Shown here: piece after piece, positions 16,589-25,947 of the stretch | Layout: each line of letters begins with the position of its first letter | Position numbering within the stretch: position 1 is the stretch's first letter | From: Candidatus Hydrogenedentota bacterium | GTDB lineage: Bacteria > Hydrogenedentota > Hydrogenedentia > Hydrogenedentales > SLHB01 | Direction: 5' to 3' | Assembly: GCA_045863295.1 (NCBI GenBank) | Contig: BTWA01000016.1 | Span: 31,058-95,057, forward strand | DNA length: 64,000 nt | Translations under genes and position numbers: made by a program | Notes under the pieces: generated by a model | What the model was told of the DNA's origin: nothing | Database searches by the model: none | Seen by the model: the letters and a program-made list of their open reading frames with translations, nothing else

Positions 16589-17923
16589 CTATGGCTTTCC
16601 AATACAGTACAAGTGTCCGGGCGTACGCAGATAAATGCGGTTTCCGGAAATCGCAATCGTGGACAGCGTGTGATTCTCGCCGGGCAACGTGTTCGTCGCA
16701 ATCTTCCTGTAGGTGGATCCCGCCGCGATTACCGTTGTGGTGCCCGCTTCGTTCGTTATGAATATCTTGCCATCCGCCACGATCGGCGATGCACTGATGG
16801 TACCTTCGGCAGCATGCTCCGGCCCCCACACGATATCCCCGGTCTTCGCATTCAGGCAGGTCGCAACGCCTTTGTCGTCCACCATGTAAAAGTATTGGCC
16901 GTCGCACGCAGGCGTGGGAACGTCCGGTCCGTACGCTTCATCCCATTTCCAAGCAAGATGACTGGTGGAAACGTCTCCCGTTCCACCCGCCTTGATCGCG
17001 AGCAGCGGCCGCTGCCGCGTCGGCGCATACACCATGCCATCCACCGCAACCGCCGAAGCAATCGTACGGAAGTTTCCGTTGTTCTTCGGATTCAATCCCC
17101 CTGCCCGCCACACTTCCGCACCTGTATCCGGATCGTGCGCCGATACGAAGCCGCCGCCGCATACGATCACCCGCGTCTTGTCGCCTTCTTGAATAATCGT
17201 GGGGGTATTGTATGCATCCGGCGTTTCCGACGGTTCATCCGTGGGTCGTTCGACCCGCCAGAGTACGTCACCGGTCTTCGCGTCCAATGCAACCACATAG
17301 GAAGGATCATCGGTGTTCATGCCGTGAAGCACCTGCGCTATCAGCTTGCCGTCATGAAGCAATGGCGACGACGCATATACGAAATTCAAACCGAAAGGAC
17401 CATACATCTCCTGCAGATTCTTGGACCACACCTTGTCGCCGTCCATGGTCATGGCGGTGACCGCGCCCGTGCCCGTCACGGTCCACACATGCTGGCCATC
17501 CGTTACCGGCGTCGGACTCGAGCTATTGCCTTTCCGGCCAAGTTCATTGCCGGAAGCCAACTCCTTCTCCCACAGGATCTTTCCGTCGGCCTTTGAAATG
17601 CACAACAACAAGATCTGGTTGCCGCCCGGGCTTTCAAATCGGCCGTTCGGATTGCGCGCCGAGTCACCCTCGCCTCGCGACGGCGTGGTCAGATAAATGC
17701 GATCACCCCACACTACCGGCGAACTTCCGCTCCAAGACGGCAATTCCGTTCTCCACACAATCCCTTCCGATTCGCTCCACGTTTCCGGCAATCCCGTGGC
17801 GTCGCTCACCCCGGATTGATCCGCACCACGCCATTGCGGCCAATTGTCATCCGCAAGTGCGGAAGAAGACGCGGAAAACACAATGCCAAAAGTCATCAGT
17901 CGACGCATGAGTCGTGCAGCCAT
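16589..17923 (-). CDS. PQQ-binding-like beta-propeller repeat protein
   Basis: Signal peptide, NWPQWRG, SSPVVWGDRIY, repeated ALDAKTG..LW blades. Confidence 0.9.
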   Translation of the reverse strand: MAARLMRRLMTFGIVFSASSSALADDNWPQWRGADQSGVSDATGLPETWSESEGIVWRTELPSWSGSSPVVWGDRIYLTTPSRGEGDSARNPNGRFESPGGNQILLLCISKADGKILWEKELASGNELGRKGNSSSPTPVTDGQHVWTVTGTGAVTAMTMDGDKVWSKNLQEMYGPFGLNFVYASSPLLHDGKLIAQVLHGMNTDDPSYVVALDAKTGDVLWRVERPTDEPSETPDAYNTPTIIQEGDKTRVIVCGGGFVSAHDPDTGAEVWRAGGLNPKNNGNFRTIASAVAVDGMVYAPTRQRPLLAIKAGGTGDVSTSHLAWKWDEAYGPDVPTPACDGQYFYMVDDKGVATCLNAKTGDIVWGPEHAAEGTISASPIVADGKIFITNEAGTTTVIAAGSTYRKIATNTLPGENHTLSTIAISGNRIYLRTPGHLYCIGKP

Positions 17924-18036
17924 GATTTGGATTTCCCGATTGGTTCGTCGCAACAGCCTTCCAGCAGAGAATAACATGAATCGACGGCTTCCTTGCCAGT
18001 CAGGCGTTCACCCGTCGCGCTGCTCGTTCCTGCAGG

Positions 18037-19494
18037 CTATTTCGCAATCGCCACCGGCCCCATCATCGGCGCGGCCATGTTGGCCTCGTCCACGAGGTTG
18101 CAGTAGGGATTCAAGCCCCGGCCGTACCACAAGTGGGCGTTCTCCGGCAGCTTGTCGATCCAAAGCACTATCACCGACGGATCATCAGCGGCAATCTCCT
18201 GATTGTAAATGCACTGCGCGTCCGCACCGTCGGGACCCGCACTGATGCTGAACCCGTTCAACCGGCCTGCCGACGCCAGCGTGCCATTCGCAGACCTGAA
18301 CTTGACGCGCAACTGCTGTCCGTACGGCGTGCTCGCCAGTTCCGCGCTCTCGTACCGAGGTCCGCGTTCCGATGCACCGCCGTAGAAATCGTGTTCCGCA
18401 AGCGCCGCCAGTCGGTACCCCAGGGTCTTCAAGCCCGGCGTGCCGACATGAATGCCGTCGTCCAGGCCGAGATCGATCCCCGATACCAAACCGCCCGGCG
18501 CGAGGTCCGCCTCAAGCAGGCGCTCGTCCTCCTGAATCGCGTTCCAATGCGAAAAATTTTCGCCAGGGTTCGGCGTGAACCGGCTGATCTGAACATAGTA
18601 GAAGGGCAAATCCGACACGCCGAAATCCGTCCGCATCGCGGCAACCAATTGTTTCATCTTCTCACGATAAACCGCTTGCGCCGTGGCATTCGCATCCGAT
18701 TCGCCCTGGTACCACAGCACGCCGCGCACCTTACCCCCGGCGGCCTGCACTTGCTTGTACATCGATCCATAAAGCGATTCGCCGCCTTTGTCTTTCAGGG
18801 CCGGATCCCATTGCGCCATGCTCGTGCCGCCGTGGGCCGATGCAATCAGTCCCACCGGCCGCCCCGTCCGCTTCACCATCTCTTTCGCAAAAGCCAGCCC
18901 CAGGCCCGCGCCTTTGGCGCCGTCACGCCATCCCGCAATCGCCGCCTGCCGCGCCGCTTCGTTCTCATGTGTCCCATGTACAGGATCGGGCGATTCGCCC
19001 AACGTGTGCAGCGGCTCTTGCGCCAGCCGCCACTCGTAACTCATCGCATACGTATGCACCAGCGCATGCGGCTCCTCGACGTCAAACCGGTTCCCGACGC
19101 CCTGCATGTTGGATTGTCCGGCCAACACCCACACATCGCCCACAAGCACATCATCAACCGCAGCCGCTTCCAGCGCATTGCCCGCCGCGTCGATGACCTT
19201 CAGTTCGATGCGATAGGGACCACCGGCCGGAACGCCTGCAAGCGACCCCTGCCACGCTCCCCCTTCCGCCTTGCCCAGGCCGGCCCACGGCAATATCTCT
19301 TTCTGCACCCCCACGACGCGCGCCTGCACCGTGCCCGCCGCGGCAGTCGTGCCCGATAACGTCAGGGCGGCATTCCCATCCGGTTCGCATTGGATGACTT
19401 GTTTTGCAGCAATGCCTGTCTGCACGGCGAGCGCATGCGCAGACACGGTAAAAATACACAAAACGGCGTAGATGGCAAGAAGGATCCGGCCCAT
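18037..19494 (-). CDS. Sialate O-acetylesterase (SASA/SGNH family)
   Basis: VGDVWVLAGQSNM, AHGGTS, GVLWYQGESD, FYYVQI, DGIH motifs; signal peptide. Confidence 0.9.
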   Translation of the reverse strand: MGRILLAIYAVLCIFTVSAHALAVQTGIAAKQVIQCEPDGNAALTLSGTTAAAGTVQARVVGVQKEILPWAGLGKAEGGAWQGSLAGVPAGGPYRIELKVIDAAGNALEAAAVDDVLVGDVWVLAGQSNMQGVGNRFDVEEPHALVHTYAMSYEWRLAQEPLHTLGESPDPVHGTHENEAARQAAIAGWRDGAKGAGLGLAFAKEMVKRTGRPVGLIASAHGGTSMAQWDPALKDKGGESLYGSMYKQVQAAGGKVRGVLWYQGESDANATAQAVYREKMKQLVAAMRTDFGVSDLPFYYVQISRFTPNPGENFSHWNAIQEDERLLEADLAPGGLVSGIDLGLDDGIHVGTPGLKTLGYRLAALAEHDFYGGASERGPRYESAELASTPYGQQLRVKFRSANGTLASAGRLNGFSISAGPDGADAQCIYNQEIAADDPSVIVLWIDKLPENAHLWYGRGLNPYCNLVDEANMAAPMMGPVAIAK

Positions 19495-19663
19495 GGCAGT
19501 AGTCTCCAAGTTTTGAAGGGAATGGCCGCATAATAATCTTTGCCCGGCCCGAACGCCAGCCTCATGCGCTTGGGCCCGGGCGCATCTTCTGCGAACCATG
19601 GGCCGGTTCGTTCTTTGCGGTGATCATGGGATAGAGTGCAGAACTTTGGGAGCCTGTAAGTCC

Positions 19664-21520
19664 ATGAATGCCGAAGATGCCGCCTATTTGGATCGCTGGG
19701 TAAACCATCGCGACGCGGATGCCTTCCGCGAAATAGTGGTGAGATATGCCGCCATGGTCTACGCGACCAGCCGCCGTGTGCTCGGTACGTTCCCTGATGC
19801 GGAAGATGTTGCCCAGGAATCCTTTCAAGCCCTCGCCAACCTCGACCGTCCTCCGGCTGCATATCTCGGCCCATGGCTCCACCGCGTCGCGACAAATATC
19901 GCTCTGAATAAACGCCGTGCACTTGCCCGGGCGCAATCGCGCGAAATCCGCTACGCCCAATCACGACAGTTGCATGTCGATCCGGATTGGGAAGATATCT
20001 ACGAGTTTGTTGACGAGGCGCTTGCGAATCTTCCCGATGGTCTGCGGATTCCGCTGATTGCACATTACCTCGAAGGAAAGAGCCAGTCAGAAGTTGCCGC
20101 GTCATTGGGCATACCGAGGCAGACACTGACCAATCGCATTCACAAAGGCATCAAGGAAATTCGCCGCACTCTCGCCCGACGCGGCATTCAAGTGGGTGGA
20201 ATCGCTTTGGGAGGAATGATGGCGTCCAACATGGCGGACGCTGCCGCACTCCCGCCGCGTCTCATGGGCAACCTTGGAAAGACCGCGCTGGCCGGGATAA
20301 CCCACTCCGGCGCGGCCTCACTCAAATCCATGGGTGCATTCAAAGCTGTTGCCGCCGTGGCCGGCATTGCCGCGGTTGTTCTATTCGCCTCGTATGTCGC
20401 TCACCAGCCAGATAAGTCATTACGCGACGTTGACCCTTTCGCGCCATTGAAGACAGTCGCGGTCGTGCCGAGCCCGGAGACAACCGACCTCCCCTCTCAA
20501 TCAAGCGGCACCGCGACCGCGATGACGGTCCGTGATGTGCTTCGCAACTACGCCGATCATCAGGATCGCATTCAGCGAATCATCTACACGTACGAGTATG
20601 CCTCGGAATGGTATCGCCAGAATGAACCCGGTTCGCCATGGGAGGCAATTGCACCAAGCGGACCCGGCAAGACGTGGCAGCGTGGCGAGGTCGGCTACGA
20701 TGGACGCAGGTTCAACGTGCATACCCACACGTGGGGCGATTACGGGGGCAAATATCGCACCGCCAATGACGCCGCGCAACGAATCTGCCGGTACGACGGC
20801 AAGGAAGACATCCAGTGGGATGCCGGTGGAAACAGGCCGCTCGGCACGGGCTCCATTGGCAAAGGCGCTCCGATTGGCGAGACCATTCAACAGCCCCGCT
20901 CATACGGCAACTATTACGGCTTATGGGCAATGTATTTTGGCGGAGAACCCTTCGGTTACTTCACCGATGAAGGCCGCCGCATCGACAAAATACTACGCTC
21001 GGCAAAGTCATCTGCCGTGAAGACCGAGCGGCATGGCGCTACCGACTATCAAATCATTGAGGCGGATACGGAGTTCGGCTATTTCACGGTCTGGTTTGAT
21101 CCCGACAAGCATTTCAATATCGTGCGGATGCACCGGCATCTACGGCGTGGAGACGTCACCAATCTAAGCGACACGAATGTGATTACCGCTGAGGGCTTTG
21201 CGCGAAACGACCTCTACACGGTAACCGAACTCGCGCAGGTCAGCGGTCTTTGGATTGTCAAATCCCACACGCGAGAAACCAGCGAAGAAGCACCGGAAAA
21301 TGGTTTCTTCTCCCGCAGCGCAAGTTCGTGTACGCGAACGTCAATCGCCCTCAATCCTGACTTTGAAGCCCTCGAAACCTTTACCCTCATGCGGGACATA
21401 CCCGCCGGCTCGGAGTGGCTTTACCGGACGTTTCCAGGCGACTCAATCGAGCAGGGAGATTATCGCATCTGGGACGGCGCCAAACTGGTCCCGATGGCAC
21501 CCCGGACCAGAAGACCTTGA
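19664..21520 (+). CDS. ECF sigma factor with long C-terminal extension (TM helix plus extracytoplasmic domain)
   Basis: Sigma2 DAEDVAQESF, sigma4 LPDGLRIPLIAHYLEGKSQSEVAASLGIP; hydrophobic AVAAVAGIAAVVLFASYVA followed by about 350 further residues. Confidence 0.88.
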   Translation: MNAEDAAYLDRWVNHRDADAFREIVVRYAAMVYATSRRVLGTFPDAEDVAQESFQALANLDRPPAAYLGPWLHRVATNIALNKRRALARAQSREIRYAQSRQLHVDPDWEDIYEFVDEALANLPDGLRIPLIAHYLEGKSQSEVAASLGIPRQTLTNRIHKGIKEIRRTLARRGIQVGGIALGGMMASNMADAAALPPRLMGNLGKTALAGITHSGAASLKSMGAFKAVAAVAGIAAVVLFASYVAHQPDKSLRDVDPFAPLKTVAVVPSPETTDLPSQSSGTATAMTVRDVLRNYADHQDRIQRIIYTYEYASEWYRQNEPGSPWEAIAPSGPGKTWQRGEVGYDGRRFNVHTHTWGDYGGKYRTANDAAQRICRYDGKEDIQWDAGGNRPLGTGSIGKGAPIGETIQQPRSYGNYYGLWAMYFGGEPFGYFTDEGRRIDKILRSAKSSAVKTERHGATDYQIIEADTEFGYFTVWFDPDKHFNIVRMHRHLRRGDVTNLSDTNVITAEGFARNDLYTVTELAQVSGLWIVKSHTRETSEEAPENGFFSRSASSCTRTSIALNPDFEALETFTLMRDIPAGSEWLYRTFPGDSIEQGDYRIWDGAKLVPMAPRTRRP

Positions 21521-21605
21521 CCATACAGCCGGCAACCGAGGCCTTATGGGAAGTCTCCCCGCTCAAGGGCTGGAGTACGCGCTACGTCGTCAAGTATTCC
21601 CAATC

Positions 21606-22130
21606 TTACCTGCGAACCCTTTGCCAATTCTCCGCCAATAGCGCCCACCGCTCATGATCGCGCCAACGTCCGCCGAGCTTCAGATAGCGCGGCGAATACC
21701 CCTCCCGCGAAAAACCGAGCCGCGTCACCAACGCAATCGAGGCCGCGTTCTCCGGCTGAATGTTCGCTTCAAGCCGGTGCAACCCCAATTCGCCAAACGC
21801 TCGATCCACCACCAGCGCCAACCCAGCCGTCATGTATCTCTTCCGCGCGTGCGGCGCGAATGCGTAGTATCCGAGATATCCGCTCATCAACACGCCGCAC
21901 ACAATCTCGCTGATGTTGACCACGCCCACCAACCCGTCGTGCTCATGCACAATCAGATGACTCTCGTTTGATGGCCGGCGCAATCGTTTCATCCAACGAT
22001 CAAAAGCCGCTTCGTCCGCGGGGGGATGCGCAAATCGTCCGTGCAACCGCCGGCTCCGCTTCACCGCGGCCAGAAATTCTTCCCGCCAACGCGGCGTGGG
22101 TTTCGCCAGTCGGACGCTCACATCGCGCAT
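21606..22130 (-). CDS. GNAT family N-acetyltransferase (RimJ/RimL-like)
   Basis: GYLGY...RYMTAGL..VVDRAFGELGLHRLEANIQPENAASIALV..LGFSREG.SPRYLK.GG.WRDHERWA. Confidence 0.92.
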   Translation of the reverse strand: MRDVSVRLAKPTPRWREEFLAAVKRSRRLHGRFAHPPADEAAFDRWMKRLRRPSNESHLIVHEHDGLVGVVNISEIVCGVLMSGYLGYYAFAPHARKRYMTAGLALVVDRAFGELGLHRLEANIQPENAASIALVTRLGFSREGYSPRYLKLGGRWRDHERWALLAENWQRVRR

Positions 22131-22136
22131 CGCGCC

Positions 22137-23399
22137 TCACTCCGAAGGATAGACACTCACTGAAATGTACCCATGATCCGCTGAAGGGCCCGCCGCAAGA
22201 AGCGGCGTAGGCTTGCCTTTCAGTGCGTAATCAAAGAACGCAACGAGATACGCGCGAACGGCCGCATTGATTTCCAACTCGCGGGCGGTGTTGCCAGGCT
22301 TCAACAATGGGTCATCGCTGAAATTCTGGTGGTTTGCGCCGGTAATCCAAACGGAATATGAAGCTGCCTGAATCGAATTCATGGACTGCTCAAATCGCGA
22401 CATGGACGTGTCGGATCCTTGTTCGGGCATCGGCGGAAAGGGATCGCCCATGTGAAGAAAGACCGCACGCAAAGGATCGCCGTCGTCAAACTTGGGACGG
22501 TCCATGAAGTGGCCATCCAGGTTGGCGGCCGCCTTGAACCGGGGTTCGAGCTTGGCCGCTTCCGCCGCGGCGACGCCGCCCAGCGAATGTCCAAGGACTC
22601 CCACACGATCCAAATCCAACCGGCCCATGAATCGCACGTCGCTTTGATTGAGCGCTTCGAGGCGCCGGAGAATGGACTGCGCATCCGCCGCGCGAATCCC
22701 CACGAACTTCCGGTAGTACGCATTCATCGCTTCCATGCCGGCCGGATCGTCGAAGCGTGGATGTTCTTTGTCGAACACCGATTCCAACACCTTGCCATCC
22801 GGCAGCACCTGCCCCCGATTGTCGTAGGCGTGATCCATGGCAACAACCACATACCCATGGCTCACGAGTTCTTCGAGAATGGACGTATACAGTCCGATGA
22901 AACTGTTGGCTCCAGGGGAAAACAGAAGGACCGGGAACTCGGATTCCTTCACAGAGACGGGCGCATCCAGATACGAGTGCGTCTTCATCGGCGCAATGCC
23001 AAGTACTTCGTACGCGTGAAAGCTGCCTGAAAGCTCGCGCAAATGGGGAAAATACGGCGCGGCGGCGCAGCCGGTTACGTCATCCGACGGATACCAGATC
23101 TGCACAATCAGTGGACGATTGTCGTCCGGTTCGGCGGTGAGAATCTCCGCTCGGCTTTCATCAACCCAATAGTAGTCCGCCCGGCCCACGGCATAGGGAC
23201 CCGTGGCAACCGGCAAATGCCGCGAATACAGAAGCCAGAGGGACACGGCCACGCTGACAGCTGTAAGGCCAACAAAAGCCACTACAATCCGGCGTAGCCA
23301 TGGCCGCTCTTTTTTCCCTCGGCCAGACTCCGCGCCAATGGGCTCATTTTGCGTTAAAGGGCTCAAGTGAACGTCAACTCCACCAACACCCATGAGCAC
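22137..23399 (-). CDS. Alpha/beta hydrolase, PAF-acetylhydrolase-like, with N-terminal membrane anchor
   Basis: TGPYAVG, VQIWYP, FPVLLFSPG, SHGYVVVAMDH, GHSLGG nucleophile elbow, NLDG, HQNFSD. Confidence 0.88.
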   Translation of the reverse strand: MLMGVGGVDVHLSPLTQNEPIGAESGRGKKERPWLRRIVVAFVGLTAVSVAVSLWLLYSRHLPVATGPYAVGRADYYWVDESRAEILTAEPDDNRPLIVQIWYPSDDVTGCAAAPYFPHLRELSGSFHAYEVLGIAPMKTHSYLDAPVSVKESEFPVLLFSPGANSFIGLYTSILEELVSHGYVVVAMDHAYDNRGQVLPDGKVLESVFDKEHPRFDDPAGMEAMNAYYRKFVGIRAADAQSILRRLEALNQSDVRFMGRLDLDRVGVLGHSLGGVAAAEAAKLEPRFKAAANLDGHFMDRPKFDDGDPLRAVFLHMGDPFPPMPEQGSDTSMSRFEQSMNSIQAASYSVWITGANHQNFSDDPLLKPGNTARELEINAAVRAYLVAFFDYALKGKPTPLLAAGPSADHGYISVSVYPSE

Positions 23400-23425
23400 A
23401 GGTCCACAAACCGCAACGCGCGTGA

Positions 23426-25669
23426 CTACCGCTCATGCTCCAGCTTTGGCCTCTCCGGACCGCTGTACGGCGCCGCACCCAGTTGCAAGCCGCGCTTCGG
23501 CACCGTAATCAAGTCCTTGTCTTTCGTCTGCGGCGCGGTAATCAATCCGTAATACCGGCCCATCCAATACGCATCCAGCCAGCCACTAGGATCGGAAACC
23601 ATCTTGCCGCCGTAAACGCCGTCCAGACGCATGAAGTCGCCGTCCCACCGGTTGGGCTCCGTTTCGCGCGGATTGAGCGGTTTGGGCCGCCGGCCATACT
23701 CCGTGTATCCCGGCGGCATATACAAATCGTCACGGTGTGAATTCGTGTACGAATGCCGGCGTAGATCCAACGGCCATCCACGCAAATGATCGACCGCCTT
23801 GTCCGCCTCGCAATCATTGCCCGTCACTGCGCCATAGATAAAATTGAACCACGGTACGGACTGGCTGCGCTTCACTTCCCAACTCCGCTCCAGACTCCGC
23901 AACCAGATCGCCTTCAAATCCGGATCGGTTTCGTATTGCACCAGCGGATAGTACGAATAGAATGCCAGCCGATCGTCGAAGTGCGTCCAATACCCGGGGT
24001 GAAACGTGAGTTTCTGACGAATGATGTCGGGCAAATATCCTTGTTCCAAATGAAACTGCTTGGCCTTGGCAAATTTCTCGTCACCCGTAAAATGCAATGC
24101 CGCCGTCACGTAGTTGAACGCCTCCATGCCGTTCAAACCGCGCGCATAAAACCCATACGGCGTCTGCAGGTAATCGGGATCCCAGCGCGCCCAACGTGTC
24201 GGTTTGCCGTCTACGTCGCGAAGGAAAAATCCGTTATCCACGATGTGCCCCACGACGCGGTGCAAGTGATCCGTGGCCCACACCTTTTCTTTCTCATTGG
24301 CCACAAGGCTCAGAAAAATCGTCGTCTCGTATACGTGCGCATCGGTCTCGTCGCTCGACGTGTCACCCTTCCATTCCCAGAGCCCGTCCGGCGTAGCGTG
24401 CCATTCCGCGGGCAGACCGCCGGATCCATGCATCGCCTTGTGCGTACGCTCGCCGACCGCGTAAATCGATCGGGCCGGAAATCCGTCAATGGACGTAATT
24501 TCCTCGCTCCACTTCATGGACTTGAAACCGTCCAGCGCTGCTTCCCGCGCTTTCGGGTCGCCCGTTACCGCGTATTCAAAACACTTGGCGGTCACATAGT
24601 GGCTGGTATACCCCACGTCGTTGTCGCTCACTTCGCGTATCCACTCGCCATTCTCCTCGAACAGGATGTGAATAAACCCCAGCCGCCGCATCCCCCACTC
24701 GTCGAGCCAACGCTCGTAATACGCCGCCTTCTTCGCCAACGTGTAGGGTTCGTAAGTGATAATGCCAAGCCCGCCATCGGTCGCGATATAGGAAACATGG
24801 TCGCCGGTCGCGATCGCGTTGACCTTGTCATTGGGAATCCAACGTTCATAACCGTAAAACAGGTATTCGTCGTCGACATTGCGGATCGCCCCCCGCATCG
24901 TGCCAATCCAAAGATCGCGATCGAAACCGCGCGCAAGACACGTCGTGTCTTCGTAACACAAGCCGTCGTCGCCTGTGATGTTGTACCACGTCATGCCGCG
25001 CAACAAACCCACACCCTCGTCTGTCGCCAGATACAACCGGCTTCCGTACGACATCATGTCGCGAATCGTGCTGCCCCGTTCCAGCATGCCCCAGTCGGTG
25101 ATGTTCTCAAATTCCAGCTTGCCTTTTTCCAGCAAGCCGACCTCTTTCCCATCATGTACATACACCGTGCCGCTGTAGGTCACCGCGCCCAATAACGGTA
25201 CGCGCCCTTCGGCTATCACCGTCAAACCGCCGTCGCCAACCGCATACAGTCCGTTGCCCGAAGCCGCGATGACCGTGCCATTTAAAAGACAAACATCAGT
25301 CACCGGGGTGGCCGTGGCCTGCGCCCACGACGCACCATCAAAGGTCCATAGCCCGTCCGATGACACGGCCCACAACGCATCGCCCAACACCTTCAACCGC
25401 GTCACGCCGCCCGAAGGCCCCGACTGCTTCTGTAATGTCTCGCCCGCAACCACGGACACGCCGTCCGCTCCGCCCACATAGGCGTTGCCGGCGTAGACCG
25501 CCACGGCGTTCAAAGCAGGCCCCGGAATCAGCGTACTCACCTCCTGCAAATACACTTCATCCACAATCGGTTCCCACAACGGGTCCTCCGGTATGGGCAA
25601 TTGCGCGAACGCAGGTGAACTCGCTACCAGCACCAAAATGAGCAGTATCGGAAGAATGGGTTGCCGCAT
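23426..25669 (-). CDS. Secreted hypothetical protein: N-terminal beta-propeller plus C-terminal helical, glycosidase-like domain
   Basis: Signal peptide; blade motifs LYLATDEG, LWIGT..G, YIATDGG; C-terminal acidic/aromatic motifs SDNDVG, WKGDTSSDE. Confidence 0.6.
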   Translation of the reverse strand: MRQPILPILLILVLVASSPAFAQLPIPEDPLWEPIVDEVYLQEVSTLIPGPALNAVAVYAGNAYVGGADGVSVVAGETLQKQSGPSGGVTRLKVLGDALWAVSSDGLWTFDGASWAQATATPVTDVCLLNGTVIAASGNGLYAVGDGGLTVIAEGRVPLLGAVTYSGTVYVHDGKEVGLLEKGKLEFENITDWGMLERGSTIRDMMSYGSRLYLATDEGVGLLRGMTWYNITGDDGLCYEDTTCLARGFDRDLWIGTMRGAIRNVDDEYLFYGYERWIPNDKVNAIATGDHVSYIATDGGLGIITYEPYTLAKKAAYYERWLDEWGMRRLGFIHILFEENGEWIREVSDNDVGYTSHYVTAKCFEYAVTGDPKAREAALDGFKSMKWSEEITSIDGFPARSIYAVGERTHKAMHGSGGLPAEWHATPDGLWEWKGDTSSDETDAHVYETTIFLSLVANEKEKVWATDHLHRVVGHIVDNGFFLRDVDGKPTRWARWDPDYLQTPYGFYARGLNGMEAFNYVTAALHFTGDEKFAKAKQFHLEQGYLPDIIRQKLTFHPGYWTHFDDRLAFYSYYPLVQYETDPDLKAIWLRSLERSWEVKRSQSVPWFNFIYGAVTGNDCEADKAVDHLRGWPLDLRRHSYTNSHRDDLYMPPGYTEYGRRPKPLNPRETEPNRWDGDFMRLDGVYGGKMVSDPSGWLDAYWMGRYYGLITAPQTKDKDLITVPKRGLQLGAAPYSGPERPKLEHER

Positions 25670-25947
25670 GGTAATACCCCGCTAAAAGTGCGCCCCGTGG
25701 GGCAATAACTCACGATTCAAGAATTCAAACAAACATCATAGCGAAAATCCGGCCCAATGCAAGCAGCATCCTTGCTTTGCCCAATTAGTTCCACTTCCTG
25801 GATGAGGCGACAAACTAAGGGGGAACACACGGCTTTCATGACGAAAATGCCTGGAAGTTGTGGAGGCTCGAGCCAATTGGAGAAGAAATCACGCGCGGCC
25901 AGTGAAAGATTGGTATGCTGCTCAAAGGTATGGTCCAAGTGCATCAT

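Noticed and set aside
25717-25947. 76-aa minus-strand ORF between the hybrid kinase and the propeller gene
   Set aside because: No motif or clear RBS; it probably covers promoter sequence.
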